64,000 nucleotides of DNA from an uncultured delta proteobacterium. Lineage in GTDB: Bacteria; Desulfobacterota; Desulfobacteria; Desulfobacterales; JAFDCJ01. Position 1 is the first letter of the stretch, and each line of letters starts with the position of its first letter. The translations under genes were made by a program, and so were the position numbers. Location of the stretch: assembly GCA_963769935.1 (NCBI GenBank), contig CAVYNY010000020.1:64001-128000 (forward strand). Direction: 5' to 3'. Shown here one piece after another: positions 58,972 to 64,000 of this stretch. Under the pieces are notes generated by a model that saw only the letters and a list, made by a program, of their open reading frames with translations, ran no database searches and was not told where the DNA came from.

Positions 58972-59960
58972 AAAAAATACTCGCTGCCGACATCGGCGGG
59001 ACCCATAGCCGGTTTGCCTATTTTCAGATTGACGGAAACGGCGCTCTTTCTCTGGTCGAAAGCCGGTGGATCGATACGGCCAAGGCAACTTCTTTATCCC
59101 ATTTGCTGAGCCTGCTGCAAGAAACCACCTTTTCCCTGCCCCTTGACCAAAGCGATGTCGCCGTTCTGGCTGTCGCCGGACCGGTAATTAAAGGGGTCTA
59201 CAGCAATCCGCCCAACATCGCCTGGGACGTTGATGTTTCCAACAGCGCTCAGGATTTTAAACTGAGGCACTGCCGGCTGATCAATGACTTCGCGGCCCAG
59301 GCTTACGCCTGCCGCTCACCGGTTGCGGATTCCGCCCGGCAGGTGGTTTCAGGGCACATCGACCCGGACGCAACCCTGGCGGTCATCGGGGCCGGGACCG
59401 GCCTGGGAATGGCCGCCCTCACACCCGATGGCGCCGGCGGATTCGTGGCCGTGCCGTCCGAAGGCGGTCACAGTGCCCTGCCTTTTGAGTCGCCGGCGGA
59501 GTTCGATTTCATGAAATTTCTAATACACGAGCTCGAAATTTCCTATGTGGAAACCGAATTTGTCGTTTCGGGGGGCGGCTTGAGCCTGATTCACCAGTTT
59601 CTTTCCGGTGAAAAATTGACACCGGCCGAGGTTGGTTCCAGCGTTTCGCAAGATTCAGACACGGTGCGGTGGATGGCGCGTTTTTATGCTCGGGCCTGCC
59701 GCAACTACGCCCTGCAGGTGCTGGCCCGGGGCGGCGTGTACATTGCCGGCGGCGTGGCCGCGAAAGAACCTGTCCTGGTAACCCATCCGGAATTCGAACT
59801 GCAATTTCGCAACTCAAAAACGATGCGGCCCATGCTGGAATCAATCCCCGTCTTTTTAAACACAAACGAAGAAAGCGGATTATGGGGTGCCGCTTATTTC
59901 GCTGCCCAAACATTAAAGCAACAGGGGCATTCCAAGCCGAGCATTAAACAATCGAAGTAA
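58968..59960 (+). CDS. glk: Glucokinase
   Basis: ADIGGT, INDF.A, GAGTGLG, SEGGH, VSG.GL and GGVYIAGG motifs. Confidence 0.93.
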   Translation: MKKILAADIGGTHSRFAYFQIDGNGALSLVESRWIDTAKATSLSHLLSLLQETTFSLPLDQSDVAVLAVAGPVIKGVYSNPPNIAWDVDVSNSAQDFKLRHCRLINDFAAQAYACRSPVADSARQVVSGHIDPDATLAVIGAGTGLGMAALTPDGAGGFVAVPSEGGHSALPFESPAEFDFMKFLIHELEISYVETEFVVSGGGLSLIHQFLSGEKLTPAEVGSSVSQDSDTVRWMARFYARACRNYALQVLARGGVYIAGGVAAKEPVLVTHPEFELQFRNSKTMRPMLESIPVFLNTNEESGLWGAAYFAAQTLKQQGHSKPSIKQSK

Positions 59961-60082
59961 AAAGGAAGTTTTGCCTTTTTTTAAGGTCTGAAGCTAGCCC
60001 GAAATATAATGGACGAGCTTACATTATGATGCTATAGCAGGCATAATTGTTTGAATGCTGAAAAAGATCTCGGAGGAAATTC

Positions 60083-60775
60083 ATGGCAACTCAGGATGAA
60101 TTGAAGCAGAAAGCCGCATTTCGTGCCGTGGAATTTGTAAAATCAGGCATGGTGGTCGGCCTCGGCAGCGGCAGCACGGCTACCTTCGCCGTCCAGCGCA
60201 TAGCAGCGCGCATCGAGGCCGGCGAATTGGAACGCATCGTCGGGATACCCAGCTCGGATAAGACCGAGCGTCTGGCGCAACAACTGGGAATACCGCTGAC
60301 CGGTTTTGAGCAACAGCAGCAGATTGACATTACCATCGACGGGGCGGACGAAGTGGATCCGGATCTGAATCTGATCAAAGGCGGCGGCGGCGCTTTGCTG
60401 AGGGAAAAAGTGGTGGCTCAGGCCAGCCATCGCAACATTATAATTGTCGATGAAAGTAAATTGTCTAATAAACTGGGTACCAAGTGGGCGGTGCCAATTG
60501 AAGTCATCACCTTTGCCAGCAAGGTAGAAGAAATTTTTCTGAAATCTTTAGGCGCATCCGTTACCACCCGCTGCCTTGAAGACGGGAAATTTTTTAAAAC
60601 AGATCAAAACAACCTGATTTTGGATGCCGACTTCGGATCGATAAATGATCCCGCAGGATTAGCGGCCCTGCTCGTGAACCGGGCAGGTATCGTTGAGCAC
60701 GGACTTTTTCTGGGGCTGGCCACCGATGTCATCGTTGCCGGAGCAGAAAGCATCCGGCATTTAAAGCGCAAATGA
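60083..60775 (+). CDS. rpiA: Ribose-5-phosphate isomerase A
   Basis: GLGSGST, DGADEVD, IKGGGGALLREK and VEHGLF motifs. Confidence 0.97.
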   Translation: MATQDELKQKAAFRAVEFVKSGMVVGLGSGSTATFAVQRIAARIEAGELERIVGIPSSDKTERLAQQLGIPLTGFEQQQQIDITIDGADEVDPDLNLIKGGGGALLREKVVAQASHRNIIIVDESKLSNKLGTKWAVPIEVITFASKVEEIFLKSLGASVTTRCLEDGKFFKTDQNNLILDADFGSINDPAGLAALLVNRAGIVEHGLFLGLATDVIVAGAESIRHLKRK

Positions 60776-60949
60776 AACCAGATAATCATCAAAAGACGTT
60801 CCCGAGCGGTCGCAGAAATTTTTTCAGCAAAACCATTCACCATATTGATGAAGTCCACAAGATAAACGATCCGCCATGAATCGCTTGCAAATGGAAGGAG
60901 GAGATTTAAAGCACAAGGTACCGGACATTTGATTATAAGGAAATATACG

Positions 60950-62174
60950 ATGGCAACTGAAGGAATAATAGTAAAAAATGCTGATGGTTCCCTGAATGTA
61001 CCTGAAAATCCGATCATTCCCTTTATCGAAGGGGACGGCATCGGCCCGGACATCTGGCGGGCGGCCCGGTTGGTAATGGACAGCGCCGTTGAAAAGGCTT
61101 ACGCCGGCCGGCGAAAAATCATCTGGCGGGAGGTGATGGCCGGGGAAAAAAGTTTTCAGCAAACGGGCGCCTGGCTTCCCGATGAAACGCTGGATGCAAT
61201 TGAAAAGCATGCAGTGGCAATTAAGGGCCCGATGACCACCCCGGTGGGCAAGGGCATCAGAAGCCTCAATGTCGCCATTCGCCAGAAATTGGATCTCTAT
61301 GCGTGTGTGCGGCCCGTAAAGTACATCGATCCTGTGCCCAGCCCCATGAAACATCCCGAAAAAATCGACATGGTGGTTTTCCGGGAAAACACCGAAGACT
61401 TGTATGCCGGCATCGAATACCAGGCCGGCAGCACTGAAGCCGAAAAAGTCAGAGCTTTCCTGAATGATCAGATGGGCACGGATCTGCCGCCGGATGCAGG
61501 GTTGGGGATCAAACCCATCAGCGCTCGGAAAACCAAACGCCTGGTGGCCAGGGCCATTGCCCATGCGATTGACAGCGGGTATTCCAGTGTCACGCTGATG
61601 CACAAGGGCAATATTATGAAGTTTACCGAAGGTGCCTTTGCAAAATGGGGCTACGAACTCGCCCGCGAAAAATTTGGCGACCGAACGATCACGGAAAAAG
61701 AACTGTATGACGACTATCAGGGCAAGGTGCCTGCACGGCAAGCTGGTAATCAAGGATCGCATCGCGGATATGCTGTTTCAGCAGGTCCTGCTGCGCCCCG
61801 CGGAGTTTGGGGTGATTGCCACACCCAATTTGAACGGTGACTATCTGTCTGACGCCTTGGCCGCGCAGGTCGGCGGATTGGGGATGGCGCCGGGCGCCAA
61901 TATCGGCGACCGCTGCGCGGTTTTTGAAGCCACCCACGGAACCGCACCCAAGTACGCCGGTCTGGACAAGGTCAATCCGAGTTCCCTTATTCTGTCGGGC
62001 GCCATGATGTTCGATTACCTGGGTTGGCGCGAAACTGCCGCTGCAATTCGACAGGCCCTGCAGGCCACCATCAGGGCCGGCATCGTAACCTATGACCTGG
62101 CGCGTCAGATCGAAGGTTCCACCGAAGTCAAATGCTCGGCGTTTGCGCAGGCGATTGCGGCACGTTTGGCCTGA
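60950..62174 (+). CDS. icd: NADP-dependent isocitrate dehydrogenase; apparent +1 insertion near 61735
   Basis: [18 protein letters not shown] and HKGNIMK in one frame; [14 protein letters not shown] and [12 protein letters not shown] in the next. Confidence 0.93.
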
Positions 62175-62261
62175 TATAAGATGACCGGCAGCGAATAAAT
62201 TTGAAGCCCGAGCAAATGGTTTCAGGTGTCGGGTTTCAGTTCCGCCGTTGGAGGCAATCGG

Positions 62262-63503
62262 ATGAAAGAAAAAAAAAATAATGCACGATGGATTCTGCGG
62301 GTGCTTCTAGTCGGTGGACTCTTTGCCGCGACAGGTTTGATTCCCTTCTCCCGGGCCGGGGCCGAAACCTGGCCGCAGATTCTTGAAGGCGCCCGCGGCC
62401 GGACAGTTGACTGGTATATGTATGGGGGATTTGCTTCCGCGAACGCTTATGTGAACGGTTATTTGGCGCCGCGGGTCATGGAGCTTTACGGCATCAAACT
62501 GCGTCAGGTACCGATTAAAGACATCGCCGAGGTGGTCGGCAAAATTCTGATCGAAAAGCAGGCCGGCAAAAATGAAGGCGGCGAGGTCGATTTAATGTGG
62601 ATTAACGGCGAGAACTTTCGCACCTGCAAGAAAAACAATTTGCTGTTTGGGCCGTTTGCCGATTTGCTGCCCAATCAAAAACTGGTGGACTGGAATCGCT
62701 CTTCGGTTTCCAACGACTTCGGTGAACCGGTAGAAGGCTATGAATCGCCCTGGGGCAGTGCTCAGGTGGTGATGATATACGATTCAAAACGCACCCCCGA
62801 TCCACCGCAAACTATGGGCGGACTGTTGGCATGGATCCAGGCCCACCCGGGTCGTTTTACCTACCCGGCGCCGCCGGATTTTACCGGCTCGGTTTTTGTG
62901 CGCCATGTGTTCTACCATGTGGCCGGCGATGTAAATTCCTGGCAGGGTAAGTTCGATGAACAGGCCTTTGCCAGGGCGGCCGCCAAAACCTATCAGGTTT
63001 TAAATGATATTGCTCCGAGTCTGTGGCGCCAGGGCAAAACTTACCCGCAAAGCCCGGTCCAGTTGCACCAGCTGCTGGCCGATGGGGAGGTCGATTTTGC
63101 CATGAGCTATCATCCGGCCCAGGCGTCTGAAATGATCCACGAAGGTCTGTACCCCGACACCGTGCGCACCTTTGTGTTTAAGGAGGGAACCATCAGCAAC
63201 ACTCATTTTGTGGCGATTCCGTTTAACGCCGCGGACAAGGAAGCCGCCATGGGCGTGGCAAATTTTCTGATCTCACCGGAGGCCCAGCTGCAAAAAGCAA
63301 ATATCGAAGTCTGGGGAGACATGCCGGCGATTGATATCAACCGCCTGGATGCCGCCTGGCAGGAGAAATTCAGGAAACTGCCCCGGGGTATTGCCACCCT
63401 CTCGGATAAAGAACTGCAAAGCCATCAACTCCCGGAGCCGCCGTCGGAAATTTTAATCCGCCTGGAAAAAGGCTGGGATCAGCATGTGCTTAAAGGCAGA
63501 TGA
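62262..63503 (+). CDS. ABC transporter substrate-binding protein (YnjB-like)
   Basis: DLMWINGENF, ESPWG.AQ, GRFTYP.PPDFTG and NTHFVAIPFNA motifs. Confidence 0.88.
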   Translation: MKEKKNNARWILRVLLVGGLFAATGLIPFSRAGAETWPQILEGARGRTVDWYMYGGFASANAYVNGYLAPRVMELYGIKLRQVPIKDIAEVVGKILIEKQAGKNEGGEVDLMWINGENFRTCKKNNLLFGPFADLLPNQKLVDWNRSSVSNDFGEPVEGYESPWGSAQVVMIYDSKRTPDPPQTMGGLLAWIQAHPGRFTYPAPPDFTGSVFVRHVFYHVAGDVNSWQGKFDEQAFARAAAKTYQVLNDIAPSLWRQGKTYPQSPVQLHQLLADGEVDFAMSYHPAQASEMIHEGLYPDTVRTFVFKEGTISNTHFVAIPFNAADKEAAMGVANFLISPEAQLQKANIEVWGDMPAIDINRLDAAWQEKFRKLPRGIATLSDKELQSHQLPEPPSEILIRLEKGWDQHVLKGR

Positions 63504-63509
63504 CAGAAG

Positions 63510-63692
63510 TACCCGTCGCCGCCCTGCGGGCTATGCCGCGGCAAGCAGAAGACAGATGACAGAGGACGGAGGACAGACGGCAGATAACAGAGCTCGCAGA
63601 AAACGCCGAGAAAGAAAATTATAATTAATCTCCGCGACCTCCCACCGGGGCGTAGGCCCTATGGGCCGGAGGCTGCGCTCTCAGCGGTGAGA
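63510..63692. repeat. Composite intergenic repeat cluster
   Basis: GC hairpin, GACAGA(N) heptamers, and an inverted element interrupted by cctcc...gtaggccctatgggccggagg (compare gtaggctctccaagccggagg at ~26860-26880). Confidence 0.6.
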
Positions 63693-63704
63693 CCCTTCGC
63701 AAAA

Positions 63705-64000
63705 ATGGTATCGGTTCCTGTGAACGATCACTCTAAAAATTTGCCGCAGGATACGGACGCGCGGACGAGGATCAGTCCGGGGTTTTTCAAAACAGCCGCC
63801 TTGGTTGCACCGGCGCTGGCGGTCGTGGCGGTTTTGTTCGGCGGCGGGCTGGGGCTGGGTTTGATTCAAAGCCTGGGACATTTGCCGGCGGCCGGCATGC
63901 AATCCATGTCCCTCACCCATTTTGCCAATGTGTTTGCGGATCCGGATTTTTTACAAAGTCTGGTGCTTACACTTTACGTTGCGTTGACATCCACTGTAAT
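63705..64000 (+). CDS. ABC transporter permease (YnjC-like); 3' end lies outside the window
   Basis: Manual translation ...APALAVVAVLFGGGLGLGLIQSLGHLPAAG...DPDFLQSLVLTLYVA; follows the YnjB-like binding protein. Confidence 0.75.
   Translation, partial: MVSVPVNDHSKNLPQDTDARTRISPGFFKTAALVAPALAVVAVLFGGGLGLGLIQSLGHLPAAGMQSMSLTHFANVFADPDFLQSLVLTLYVALTSTV

Noticed and set aside
1097..63692. Short repeat arrays as possible CRISPR arrays
   Set aside because: Units are 7-9 nt and degenerate, with no 23-47 nt repeats separated by unique spacers and no cas genes.

Overview
A 64 kb chromosomal window, most likely from a sulfate-reducing deltaproteobacterium (Desulfobacterales-like). This is inferred from NfnAB, corrinoid proteins, Rrf2-cydAB, sigma-54 promoters and the intergenic repeat style. 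Content is mostly housekeeping and metabolic: M20 amidohydrolase (partial), THUMP RNA methyltransferase, ssb, tatA, a core MetE-like methionine synthase, two MoxR modules, tatD, nfnAB, prfB with its programmed +1 frameshift, lnt, a beta-CASP nuclease, a RACo-type corrinoid activator, Rrf2-cydAB, split MetH modules plus an ABC transporter, a CoA-transferase/GNAT fusion, a Trx-rhodanese-MauE module, a liv-type ABC transporter lacking an intact LivH, pal, tpx, zwf-glk-rpiA, icd and a YnjB-type ABC transporter (partial). I saw no rRNA, tRNA, CRISPR array, transposase, integrase or phage gene. The best candidate for an undescribed system is a locus at about 52.0-54.2 kb with a sigma-54 promoter. 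Two paralogous small Arg-rich (D/E)RR-repeat proteins there bracket a stand-alone PilZ protein and a stand-alone Lon N-domain protein, suggesting a c-di-GMP sink/effector module. Other notable items: an orphan promoter-terminator unit that looks like an ~80 nt C-rich sRNA; a 156 bp palindromic MITE with a TTA target duplication; several families of intergenic 7-9-mer inverted-repeat elements, one of which supplies a start codon; several deletion-scarred gene remnants; and five +1 insertions in four genes that are probably sequencing errors. All calls were made by eye, without database searches.
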